54,519 nt of DNA from an uncultured Candidatus Saccharibacteria bacterium (GCA_964560315.1 CAZLLA010000001.1:1-54519), one strand, 5' to 3'; shown: positions 45,786 to 54,511, numbered from the stretch's first letter. Numbers and translations are program-made. Notes: generated by a model from the sequence alone, not told the origin.

Positions 45786-45807
45786 AGTTCCTAGTACACT
45801 AGGAACT
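45786..45807. promoter_or_regulatory. 22-bp palindrome AGTTCCTAGT-AC-ACTAGGAACT (operator and/or tRNA-Lys terminator)
   Basis: 10-bp perfect arms, read directly. Lies between tRNA-Lys and the wHTH-PRTase start, just upstream of its -10 (TACACT, 45773-45778, minus). On the minus strand it is followed by TTTTAT. Confidence 0.55.
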
Positions 45808-45835
45808 AGGAACTTTTTTACTTTGATCTTTTTCG

Positions 45836-45912
45836 TGGAGGGCCCAGTGGGACTTGAACCCACGACACCCTGCTTAAAAGGCAGGTGCTCTAACCAGCTG
45901 AGCTATGGGCCC
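45836..45912 (-). tRNA. tRNA-Lys(UUU)
   Basis: Reverse complement folds as GGGCCCA-TA-GCTC-AGCTGGTTA-GAGC-A-CCTGC-CTTTTAA-GCAGG-GTGTC-GTGGG-TTCAAGT-CCCAC-TGGGCCC-T-CCA (77 nt). The discriminator appears to be U. Confidence 0.85.
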
Positions 45913-46001
45913 TTATTAAGGTTAAACTGCCCGAGAAGGCAGCAATAACTTCTTACATTATCTGCAAAACAACTGAAAAGTCAAACTGATATACGAGAAG
46001 C

Positions 46002-46487
46002 TCAGTGCGCTTTCTCGCTATTTCGTCTCGGTCGTATAAGCCATAATGACATAAGGCTAGCCAGCGCGCTAACACCAATAATTAGATCCTGCAACCGCAC
46101 TGCTTGATGCCAAGCTGACGTGTTTGTTATAGAGTGCGAAAGTCCCGGTGGTAATAACGGAACAACTAACAGAGCCAAAAGACAGCCAACACCAAGAGCC
46201 GGCAAAACGTTAATTATTAGTTTTGTACCCCGGACGGTTCGTACCATAAACAATGCCGTAAAAACAGGCGGGAATAGTAACAGCACGAGCTTCATGACGC
46301 TCGTACTAATAGTAGTGTGTCCCAGAAACGTTTGCGCAAAAGATTTGGCATCACCACCCAGAAATTGTGTTAGTACATAGCCCAGGCATAATCCAAGAAA
46401 TACCATAGTGGCGTTGATGCGAAGCAACATCAGTATTAAAACGGGCACAACCACAAGCCCAACAACAAAAATCAGGTTATGGTCCAT
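46002..46487 (-). CDS. hypothetical polytopic membrane protein
   Basis: 161 aa, 4-5 predicted TMs. Follows rimK by 45 nt on the same strand. Confidence 0.5.
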   Translation of the reverse strand: MDHNLIFVVGLVVVPVLILMLLRINATMVFLGLCLGYVLTQFLGGDAKSFAQTFLGHTTISTSVMKLVLLLFPPVFTALFMVRTVRGTKLIINVLPALGVGCLLALLVVPLLPPGLSHSITNTSAWHQAVRLQDLIIGVSALASLMSLWLIRPRRNSEKAH

Positions 46488-46532
46488 ACGCCAAAGTATA
46501 GCATGAGCAGATTGGTTTCTGCTCGTTAAGGG

Positions 46533-47435
46533 TTATGCCCCAACTTTGTCTTTTTTGCGGCGTGCCTTGGCGTTTTGCTCAACATACTCAAGGATCTTTC
46601 CGGCAACGTTGTGTCCGGTGATTTTCTCAATTCCAAATCCCGGACTAGCATTTACTTCAAGTATCAATGGGCCACGATCCGATCGCATCAAATCTACACC
46701 GCAAACCTGTAACCCCATAGCCCTTGCGGCATGTTGGGCAGCTTTGCGTTCCTCTTCGCTTAATTTTATTGGCTTGCCTGAGCCACCCTGATGCAAATTA
46801 GAGCGGAAGTCGTCATCCAGACTCCGTCGTTCCATGCTTGCCACGACATGACCATTAACAACAAAGGCTCGTATATCAGTGCCGGCACTTTCGGCGATAA
46901 ATTCCTGGACCAGAAAGCTTACCCCTTCGACATAGAAGGCCTGCATCACTGCTTTGGCTGCTCGCCGTGTCTCAGCAAGTACCACCCCAGCTCCGTGAGT
47001 TCCACGGATGACTTTAATGATCACGGGGACACCGCCAATCTGATCAAGAACATCGTCAAAATCTGCCGTCTCTAAGGCAAAGACTGTCTTCGGAATACCG
47101 ACGCCTGCTTTGGATAGTAATTGCATGCTCCTCAACTTGTCACGAGTGCGGGTGAGCGATATAGAAGTGGTAGTCGTGAATACATTCTGCATCTCAAATT
47201 GGCGCACAATGGAGCCTCCGTAGCGAGTCAGGTTCGTGGCAATGCGAGGAATTATAACGTCAACATCAGTAATTACTTCACCGCCGTAGCGTACTACCGG
47301 CTTATTGCTCTCGATTGAAACATAGCACTTGGCGTAATTAATAATGCTGACATTGTGCCCATGCAGCAGCGCCTCTTCTTTGAGTCGCTTTGTTGAATAA
47401 TTGCCTGGACCTTTAGATAAAATAACAATGTTCAT
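46533..47435 (-). CDS. rimK: RimK-family alpha-L-glutamate ligase (ATP-grasp)
   Basis: 300 aa. MNIVILSKG...STKRL N-terminus, VIIKVIRGTHGAGV, LVQEFI, SNLHQGG and LEVNASPG motifs typical of RimK. Confidence 0.85.
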   Translation of the reverse strand: MNIVILSKGPGNYSTKRLKEEALLHGHNVSIINYAKCYVSIESNKPVVRYGGEVITDVDVIIPRIATNLTRYGGSIVRQFEMQNVFTTTTSISLTRTRDKLRSMQLLSKAGVGIPKTVFALETADFDDVLDQIGGVPVIIKVIRGTHGAGVVLAETRRAAKAVMQAFYVEGVSFLVQEFIAESAGTDIRAFVVNGHVVASMERRSLDDDFRSNLHQGGSGKPIKLSEEERKAAQHAARAMGLQVCGVDLMRSDRGPLILEVNASPGFGIEKITGHNVAGKILEYVEQNAKARRKKDKVGA

Positions 47436-47437
47436 AA

Positions 47438-47902
47438 TTATTCCGCCTTATCGGTAAGTTGTTGCCTTTGGGGCCGTTGTTGACCTTTGGATAGTACATT
47501 CTCTCTAGTAACATCTACCATAAATTTGCCTCGCAAAATATTACGGCCGACCAGTACAGGATATGCTTGGGTAGACCTATTGGCAAGTGTAAAAGTTGCT
47601 CGAATATTACGACCCAAGATATTGATTAGTAACCTAACTGCATAGCGGTTTTCTACATGTCCATTTGAGCTCGAGATAGCTCGGTAACCAAAATCTCTTG
47701 TCTTAATAATGTCACCGGTATAGTGTTTGCTCTGCACATTAAAAAGCGTAAATCTCAAATTACCATCATTTTCTTTAATGTTGGAGGCCCAGACCGAAGA
47801 AGTTTTAGCACCCGTATCAATACGTGACGGTACATCATAAATTCCTAGCTCACGAAATGTGGCTACTTCAGTATTACCAATGACGTCCAGTTGTCTAATC
47901 AT
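47438..47902 (-). CDS. RimK-associated retropepsin-like / 'ATP-dependent zinc protease' (COG4067/DUF785) protein
   Basis: 154 aa. IDTGAKTSS aspartic-protease-like motif. Stop is 2 nt before the rimK start. Confidence 0.65.
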   Translation of the reverse strand: MIRQLDVIGNTEVATFRELGIYDVPSRIDTGAKTSSVWASNIKENDGNLRFTLFNVQSKHYTGDIIKTRDFGYRAISSSNGHVENRYAVRLLINILGRNIRATFTLANRSTQAYPVLVGRNILRGKFMVDVTRENVLSKGQQRPQRQQLTDKAE

Positions 47903-48007
47903 GTCTTACCCGACTAATCCAATTGTGCTCACTCACTAATGCTTAACGATGAAAGTTGTATTATTATACAATGTGTTACGGTTTAATTCAATAGTGGGCA
48001 AGTGGAA

Positions 48008-48124
48008 TCAGTGTTGGGCAGAGTGAACTCGTTGATAGGCTAATATCACAACCACGACTACTACGAGCAAAATGACTATCAGGATAGGTATTAGCCCAGA
48101 CTGGCTGGATGCTGTTTTCTTCAT
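48008..48124 (-). CDS. possible 38-aa single-pass membrane peptide
   Basis: Hand-translated MKKTASSQSGLIPILIVILLVVVVVVILAYQRVHSAQH*. No convincing SD. Below the ORF-track cut-off. Confidence 0.3.
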   Translation of the reverse strand: MKKTASSQSGLIPILIVILLVVVVVVILAYQRVHSAQH

Positions 48125-48178
48125 TTAATGGTAATTATCTAACCATAAGTAGTTTTTTTCAATAGACGACTGGTTTGG

Positions 48179-49282
48179 CTAAAATAGGTGTCGTTTTTTA
48201 CCATTCGGCGCTACAAATTGCTCGAGCAATTCTCTTTGTTCTTTTGTCAGTTTTGTCGGTGTATCAACCATCAATGTAACGATGTGTGCCCCACGGGTAT
48301 TATTCCGTAAATGCGGGACACCGTGATCAGACAGCTTAAAGTCGCTGCCCGATTGCGTACCAGCTGGTACTTTCATGTTGACATTGCCATCCACGGTCTC
48401 GACAGAAATTGTTGCCCCTAAAGCCGCCTCGACCATATCAATATGTTCATCGCTAAGAATTAAATCGCCCTCACGGGTAAACTTTTTATGTGGTTTAACC
48501 CGTATATTGACGTAAAGGTCGCCCTTCGGTCCATTAGCAATAGCTTCACCGTGTTCACGTAATCTAATAGTTGCTCCATCATCTATGCCAGCAGGTATTT
48601 TTAGGGTAATGCGCTGCTTCTTATCCTGTGTTCCGCGACCTCGACAAACACTGCATTCCTTCTCAGGAATTTTTCCAGTACCGCGGCACTTAGGGCAAAT
48701 ACTAGCCTGCTGAATGTTGCCAAAAATCGTCCGAGTTACATTGACAACTTGGCCACTACCTTTACATTGATCACAAGTCTTTAAACTAAAGCCGGGCTCG
48801 ACCGTAGTTCCTTTACAGTGTTCGCAAGCATCTTCCAAATTAAGTGAGAGTTCGGTTTCGGTGCCAAAAACAGCTTGCTCAAAGCTAATTTCGACACCCG
48901 TCTCGACATCCCGACCACGCCTGGCCTGACGCTGCTGTTGTGCCGAGCCACCACCAAAGAAACTACTAAAAATGTCACCAAGCCCAAGATCACCAAAATC
49001 AAAGTGCATTTCTTGGCCGTTGGCGTAGCCTCCGTAACCGTCAAAACCATTGGTTCCGCCGGCCGCACCACCCACCCCGGCATGCCCAAATTGGTCATAG
49101 CGCCGGCGCTTTTCGGTGTCTTTCAGAACTTCGTAAGCCTCGTTAAGCTCTTTAAACTTATCTTCACTACCGCCCCTATCTGGGTGATGCTCAATTGCTA
49201 AACGTCGGTAAGACTTCTTAATCTCATCGGGGCTAGCCTCTTTGCTAACACCTAGCACTTCGTAGTAGTCTCTTTTTGCCAT
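48179..49282 (-). CDS. dnaJ: molecular chaperone DnaJ
   Basis: J domain with HPD, G/F region, four CxxCxGxG zinc-finger repeats. Confidence 0.95.
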   Translation of the reverse strand: MAKRDYYEVLGVSKEASPDEIKKSYRRLAIEHHPDRGGSEDKFKELNEAYEVLKDTEKRRRYDQFGHAGVGGAAGGTNGFDGYGGYANGQEMHFDFGDLGLGDIFSSFFGGGSAQQQRQARRGRDVETGVEISFEQAVFGTETELSLNLEDACEHCKGTTVEPGFSLKTCDQCKGSGQVVNVTRTIFGNIQQASICPKCRGTGKIPEKECSVCRGRGTQDKKQRITLKIPAGIDDGATIRLREHGEAIANGPKGDLYVNIRVKPHKKFTREGDLILSDEHIDMVEAALGATISVETVDGNVNMKVPAGTQSGSDFKLSDHGVPHLRNNTRGAHIVTLMVDTPTKLTKEQRELLEQFVAPNGKKRHLF

Positions 49283-49377
49283 CTTCCTAATTCTACTTTA
49301 GATTTTGGACAATCCAGTTAAAGCGTATTTTATTGAGCTCAAAAAATCGTCAATTCGGGTGTGACTTAGCAACTAAT

Positions 49378-51300
49378 TTATTCTTCTTTGTCTTTTTTGT
49401 CGTCGACAACTTCACCCTCAATCGGACCATCCTCTGGCTTTGTATCGCCACTCTCGGGTTGTGCTGTGCTACCGCTATCTGAACTCGTCTTGGCCGACTC
49501 ATACATCTTGGCGCCAATTGGCATGATTTTGTCGCTCAACTCTTTAGCGGCAGTTTCCAGCGCGGTCTTGTCTGCCTTGTCGTCGCTGATTATTTTTTTA
49601 GCGGCATCAATTGCTTCATCCAGAGCTTTAATATCATCCTCAGCCAATTTATCCTTGTAATCAGACTTCATTTTTTCCGCTTGGTAAACCGTCGAGTCAA
49701 GCAAATTACGAGCTTCGACGGCTTCTTTTTTCTGCTTGTCTTCTTCGGCATGAGTCTCGGCTTCCTTGGCCATCTTTTCAACTTCATCTTTGGCTAAGTT
49801 GCCAGACCCTTGAATGGTAATGCTCTGTTCCTTGCCGGTGCCCTTGTCCTTGGCCGTAACATTTAAAATGCCGTTGGCATCAATGTTAAACGTTACTTCA
49901 ATCTGTGGGACGCCGCGCGGTGCTGGCGGAATGCCATCTAGGATAAATCGTCCTAGACTTTTGTTGCCGTCAATCATTTCTCGTTCACCCTGTAGAACGT
50001 GGATCTCGACTTGCGGCTGGTTGTTGGCGGCAGTTGAGAAGACTTCACTCTTGCTGGCTGGAATAGTGGTGTTACGTCCGATTAACTTAGTCATGACACC
50101 ACCCATCGTCTCAATACCCAGAGAAAGCGGAGTAACGTCCAGCAGCAAGATATCTTTAACGTCGCCTTGAAGTACTCCACCTTGTATGGCGGCTCCAACA
50201 GCTACTACCTCATCAGGGTTAACACCCTTCATTGGATCTTTACCAAAAATCTGTTTGACCTTCTCCTGAACGGCTGGCATGCGAGTCATACCACCAACTA
50301 GTACTACCTGATTGATGTCGGCTGCTTTTAGACCGGCATCTTTTAAGGCTTTCTCGCAAGGTCCAGCGGTTTTATCGATCAATTCGCCAACCAAGCTCTC
50401 CAACTTTGCCCGGGTCAGCTTGTGTTCAAAATGCTTTGGACCGGAGGCATCAGCCGTTAAGAAAGGCAAGTTAACATTAACCTCTTGGGCAGTTGACAGT
50501 TCAATCTTGGCTTTCTCGGCCTCATCGCGCAGCCGTTGCATAGCTGGTTTATCATCAGAGATGTCGACACCACTCTCTTTTTTGAATTCCTCAGCAAAGT
50601 AATTTACAATCACACGGTCAAAATCCGCTCCACCCAGGTGAGTATCACCATTGGTTGATTTGACCTCAAAAACACCGTCACCCAGCTCCAAGATAGAAAT
50701 ATCGAAAGTTCCACCACCGAGGTCATAAACAGCAATTTTTTCTTCAGTCTTTTCCTTGTCTAGACCATAGGCTAAAGCCGCAGCAGTTGGTTCGTTAATG
50801 ATTCGACGAACTTCCAATCCAGCAATTTTACCGGCATCTTTAGTAGCCTGACGTTGACTGTCGTCAAAATAAGCTGGCACCGTAATGACGGCTTCGGTGA
50901 CTTTATCGCCCAAAAAATCTTCGGCGTCGGTCTTGAGTTTAGCCAAAATCATAGCACTGATCTCTTCGGGGCTGTACTCTTTGTCGTTCATCTTGACCTT
51001 AACGCCGCTGCCGCTTTTGACCATTTCATAACCGAGCAGTTTGAGGTCGCGTTGAACTTCCGGATCGTCCCATTTACGGCCGATCAAACGCTTGACTTCG
51101 TAAATAGTATTCTTAGAATTTGTTACCTGTTGGCGACGGGCTAGCTGACCAACCAATCGTTCACCGTTCTTATTAACGGCTACCACACTTGGTGTGGTGC
51201 GCCCGCCCTCGGAATTAGCAATAATCTCCGGCTTGCCGGCTTGCATAACGGCCATGGCCGAGTTAGTCGTGCCAAGGTCAATACCAATAATCTTTCCCAT
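49378..51300 (-). CDS. dnaK: molecular chaperone DnaK (Hsp70)
   Basis: [18 protein letters not shown] and [10 protein letters not shown] signatures. 640 aa. Confidence 0.98.
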   Translation of the reverse strand: MGKIIGIDLGTTNSAMAVMQAGKPEIIANSEGGRTTPSVVAVNKNGERLVGQLARRQQVTNSKNTIYEVKRLIGRKWDDPEVQRDLKLLGYEMVKSGSGVKVKMNDKEYSPEEISAMILAKLKTDAEDFLGDKVTEAVITVPAYFDDSQRQATKDAGKIAGLEVRRIINEPTAAALAYGLDKEKTEEKIAVYDLGGGTFDISILELGDGVFEVKSTNGDTHLGGADFDRVIVNYFAEEFKKESGVDISDDKPAMQRLRDEAEKAKIELSTAQEVNVNLPFLTADASGPKHFEHKLTRAKLESLVGELIDKTAGPCEKALKDAGLKAADINQVVLVGGMTRMPAVQEKVKQIFGKDPMKGVNPDEVVAVGAAIQGGVLQGDVKDILLLDVTPLSLGIETMGGVMTKLIGRNTTIPASKSEVFSTAANNQPQVEIHVLQGEREMIDGNKSLGRFILDGIPPAPRGVPQIEVTFNIDANGILNVTAKDKGTGKEQSITIQGSGNLAKDEVEKMAKEAETHAEEDKQKKEAVEARNLLDSTVYQAEKMKSDYKDKLAEDDIKALDEAIDAAKKIISDDKADKTALETAAKELSDKIMPIGAKMYESAKTSSDSGSTAQPESGDTKPEDGPIEGEVVDDKKDKEE

Positions 51301-51319
51301 TTAATTTATTCCCTTCTTA

Positions 51320-51346
51320 TTAGCAAGAACTATATTAGAGTGCTAA
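51320..51346 (-). promoter_or_regulatory. CIRCE-like operator (imperfect): TTAGCAAGA-N9-GAGTGCTAA
   Basis: Read directly. The right arm is perfect; 6 of 9 left-arm positions match the CIRCE consensus TTAGCACTC-N9-GAGTGCTAA. Lies 20 nt upstream of the dnaK start. Confidence 0.6.
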
Positions 51347-51366
51347 AACAATTCTAGCATAAATAA

Positions 51367-51393
51367 TTAGCACTCTCAAGTCAAGAGTGCTAA
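51367..51393 (-). promoter_or_regulatory. CIRCE operator (perfect): TTAGCACTC-TCAAGTCAA-GAGTGCTAA
   Basis: Exact match to the HrcA-binding CIRCE consensus. Abuts the stop codon of the upstream gmk-like gene. Confidence 0.9.
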
Positions 51394-52146
51394 TTAGGGC
51401 AGGGTGTGGTGCGCGTGCTCACCAAGGTAAGCTTCGACATTTTCATAAAGCCGTTCGGTAATTTCCCGTACTAAACGCTCTTTGAACGGGTCGTAGTAAC
51501 CGGTCGAGAGAAATCTATCAACTTCAGAGGTGGTGCCCTGCACCGTGTCGTTTAAGACTAGTCGAAAGTAGTCACACCGAAGAGCTGTGGAGAGTTCTCT
51601 TTCGGCACTCTCCAGGCGCCTAGTCAGTTCATCGGGTGGCATTTGGCCACGGGAGTGTATCCGTTCTAGCCAGATATCAAAACTTGGTGGCACCATAAAA
51701 ATTACCGAGGTATCCGGCTTTAGTCGGTGGATATTAGCCGCTCCAATGATTTCAACATCCGTGATAGCAATTCGATCATCCTGTTGGGCTTTCTTTAGTT
51801 CCCGTAAACTAATACCGGAGACCTGTTGGTTGTGAATCACGGCTGCTTCCAGAAACTCGCCATTTCTAATCTCCTCAAGCATTTCCTCTTCAGTCCTAAA
51901 CCAGTACTCCCGGCCGTCCTGTTCAGGCACCCCATTATTAACTCGCGGCTGTCGGGTAGTATCCGAAATAATAAAGTGGTATTGGTCATTTTTAACTAGT
52001 TCGCGAATGATAGTGTTACGACCGCTGGCTGATGGTGCAACAAAAATAGCTAGCTTAACGTTCTTGAGAGCGTCTTTGGCCGAATCGGAAAGTTTGTAGT
52101 TGGCTAGTGCTCTACGAAATTCGGCAGCGTGCACTAATTGGTTCAT
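51394..52146 (-). CDS. guanylate-kinase-like protein with divergent P-loop
   Basis: 250 aa. Gmk-like core (SDTTRQPR...GREYWF...FLEAAVIHN...ITDVEIIGA...IFMVPPS...RG), but the P-loop reads APSASGRNT instead of GPSGxGKxT. About 35-aa N-terminal extension. Confidence 0.6.
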   Translation of the reverse strand: MNQLVHAAEFRRALANYKLSDSAKDALKNVKLAIFVAPSASGRNTIIRELVKNDQYHFIISDTTRQPRVNNGVPEQDGREYWFRTEEEMLEEIRNGEFLEAAVIHNQQVSGISLRELKKAQQDDRIAITDVEIIGAANIHRLKPDTSVIFMVPPSFDIWLERIHSRGQMPPDELTRRLESAERELSTALRCDYFRLVLNDTVQGTTSEVDRFLSTGYYDPFKERLVREITERLYENVEAYLGEHAHHTLP

Positions 52147-52274
52147 TAATACGTAGAGTATCAGAGGTAATCAGCTAGAGCAACTAAACTCTCTGTCGGT
52201 TATCATACATAGCCGCTGTCCGATTTATGATAAAGTGCAAAATTGAGTTAAAAAACAAGGAGAAGCCTGTCATT

Positions 52275-52736
52275 ATGCAAAAAGCACCTGACTTTAAATT
52301 ACTCGACCAAAATGGTGATGAACACACTCTTGATAGCTACCACGGTCAGTGGTTGGTCTTATACTTTTACCCCAAAGACAACACGCCAGGTTGTACAGCT
52401 GAGGCTTGTAGTTTCCGGGATGAACGAGAAGTTATCGCACAGCTAGGGCAAGCCGAGGTTGTTGGTGTTAGTAAAGATTCGGTCGCTTCCCATAAGAAAT
52501 TTGTTGATAAACATCACCTCAATTTTACGATCTTGAGCGACCCCACCCACCAAGCTATCTCCGCTTACGGGTCATGGCGCCCGCTAAAGTTCATTGGGCG
52601 AGAATATATGGGCACCCAGCGAAATACCTTTATCATTAATCCGGACGGACTGATCGCCAAGAAGTATGAGGGCGTCGATCCGAAAACTCATGCGGCCCAG
52701 ATCATTAAGGATTTGCAGGCTCTGCAAAAGGTCTAG
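52275..52736 (+). CDS. bcp: thiol peroxidase Bcp (peroxiredoxin)
   Basis: FYPKDNTPGCTAEACSFRD peroxidatic-Cys motif. Start placed at ATG 52275, preceded by SD AAGGAGAAG. Confidence 0.9.
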   Translation: MQKAPDFKLLDQNGDEHTLDSYHGQWLVLYFYPKDNTPGCTAEACSFRDEREVIAQLGQAEVVGVSKDSVASHKKFVDKHHLNFTILSDPTHQAISAYGSWRPLKFIGREYMGTQRNTFIINPDGLIAKKYEGVDPKTHAAQIIKDLQALQKV

Positions 52737-54511
52737 TCTCGTCTCAGCATGATCGTGAACGCCTCAGCTGGTATATCAACCCGGCCGAATCGCTTCAGAC
52801 GCTTTTTCCCCCGGGCCTGTTTAGATAACAGCTTCTTTTTACGCGAGACGTCACCACCATAAAGATATCCGGTGACATCCTTACGGTAAGCCGATATGTC
52901 TTCCCTGGCGATAAATTTACCGCCGATAGCAGCCTGTAAACTGACCTGAAAGTTTTGACGGGGAATTACCGCTTTGAGTTTGCTGACCACTTCATTGCCG
53001 ACTCGCTGAGCCTCGCTACGATGAGCCATGACGCTGAGAGCTCCAACCATATCCCCAGCGACATAAAAATCAACTCGCACCAAGTCAGATGCCTGGTAAT
53101 CGCTCAGCTCATAGTTAAATGACCCGTAGCCGCTAGTCAAACTCTTGAGCTGATCATAGAAATCAGTTAACAGATTGGCTAATGGTGCCTCAAAGGTCAT
53201 CAGCGCTTGGCTGCCAATATAGCTGACATTCTTGTGCAAACCACGTTTGCCGACAATCAACTGGATAACGGCTCCAACATACGTATCGGGTGCCACAATT
53301 TCCCCTTTTATCCACGGTTCGCGAATTTCCTGGATACGCTCCTGATCGGGTAGCTCGGCGGCCGATTTAATGTCTAATTCCTCTCCACTAGTTAACAATA
53401 CGTGGTAGTCGGTTGAAGGGTTAGTTACAATCAGTTCCAAGCCGTATTCACGCTCCAGTCGTTCACGGACAATATCCATATGTAGTAACCCCAGAAAGCC
53501 GAGGCGGACGCCAAAACCAAGCACCGGGGAATTCTCCGGGCTAAATTGTAGAGCCGAGTCGCTGAGTGATAGTTTTTCGACGGCCTCCTTAAGCTCCAAA
53601 TAGTGTTCGTTACTCTCCGGGAAAAAGCCGGCGTAGACAAACGGCTTTACTTCCCGATACCCCGGTAATGGCTGAGTAGCCGGATCATTAGCCAGTGTCA
53701 CTGTATCTCCAACTTGTGCCTGACGGGTTGATTTTAAGTTAGTCACCAAATAGCCAATCTCACCGCTCTTTAAGACGGCGGCCGGAGACATGTCCGGTTT
53801 TAGGATGCCGACTTCGAGCGTTAGCTCGTGAGCATCAGTAGCCATCATTAACAATTGATCACCCTTACGTAAACTGCCGTCAAAGACTCGCACGTAGAGA
53901 ATAACACCCCGGTAATCGTCATAATAACTATCAAAAATCAGAGCTCTAGTTTGGGTGGAGACAGCCGATTTTGGTGATGGTATGTCAACAATAATGCTGT
54001 CTAGAACTGCCTCAATACCAGCCCCGGTTTTAGCCGAGATCCGTAAAATGTCGGCCGCTGGACAGCCCAGCAGGCTAGCTAGTTCATCGGCAACTTTTTC
54101 AACATTAGCGGCTGGCAAATCAATCTTATTGATAATCGGCACGATTGTTAACTCAGCCGCCATAGCTAAATAAACATTGGCTAACGTTTGGGCTTGAACA
54201 CCTTGAGTTGCGTCAACCACCAACAGGGCGCCTTCACAGGCCTCCAAACTGCGAGAAACCTCATAACTAAAATCGACATGTCCTGGGGTATCAATCAGAT
54301 TGAGTTCGTGACCGTGATATTCCATCCGAACAGCTGCCAGTTTAATTGTGATGCCCTTCTCTCGCTCCAAATCCATCCGATCCAGGAGTTGAGCCTTCAT
54401 GTTTCGCTTCTCAACCGTACCGGTTGACTCTAGTAATCGATCGGCTAGTGTCGACTTGCCATGATCAATATGCGCAATGATACAAAAATTGCGGATGTGA
54501 TTTTGGTCCAT
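52733..54511 (-). CDS. lepA: translation elongation factor 4 (LepA)
   Basis: IRNFCIIAHIDHGKSTL G1 motif, DTPGH, NKID, and a LepA-specific C-terminal domain. 592 aa. Confidence 0.97.
   Translation of the reverse strand: MDQNHIRNFCIIAHIDHGKSTLADRLLESTGTVEKRNMKAQLLDRMDLEREKGITIKLAAVRMEYHGHELNLIDTPGHVDFSYEVSRSLEACEGALLVVDATQGVQAQTLANVYLAMAAELTIVPIINKIDLPAANVEKVADELASLLGCPAADILRISAKTGAGIEAVLDSIIVDIPSPKSAVSTQTRALIFDSYYDDYRGVILYVRVFDGSLRKGDQLLMMATDAHELTLEVGILKPDMSPAAVLKSGEIGYLVTNLKSTRQAQVGDTVTLANDPATQPLPGYREVKPFVYAGFFPESNEHYLELKEAVEKLSLSDSALQFSPENSPVLGFGVRLGFLGLLHMDIVRERLEREYGLELIVTNPSTDYHVLLTSGEELDIKSAAELPDQERIQEIREPWIKGEIVAPDTYVGAVIQLIVGKRGLHKNVSYIGSQALMTFEAPLANLLTDFYDQLKSLTSGYGSFNYELSDYQASDLVRVDFYVAGDMVGALSVMAHRSEAQRVGNEVVSKLKAVIPRQNFQVSLQAAIGGKFIAREDISAYRKDVTGYLYGGDVSRKKKLLSKQARGKKRLKRFGRVDIPAEAFTIMLRRD

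Noticed and set aside
40804-45835. Intact prophage, ICE or transposon.
   Set aside because: No integrase, recombinase, transposase, replication or structural genes are present, and there are no long terminal inverted repeats. Only short tRNA-like direct repeats remain, so at most this is a decayed integrated remnant.
52733-52736. 4-nt convergent overlap of the bcp and lepA stop codons.
   Set aside because: This is a real but trivial consequence of genome compaction. No regulatory meaning can be supported.
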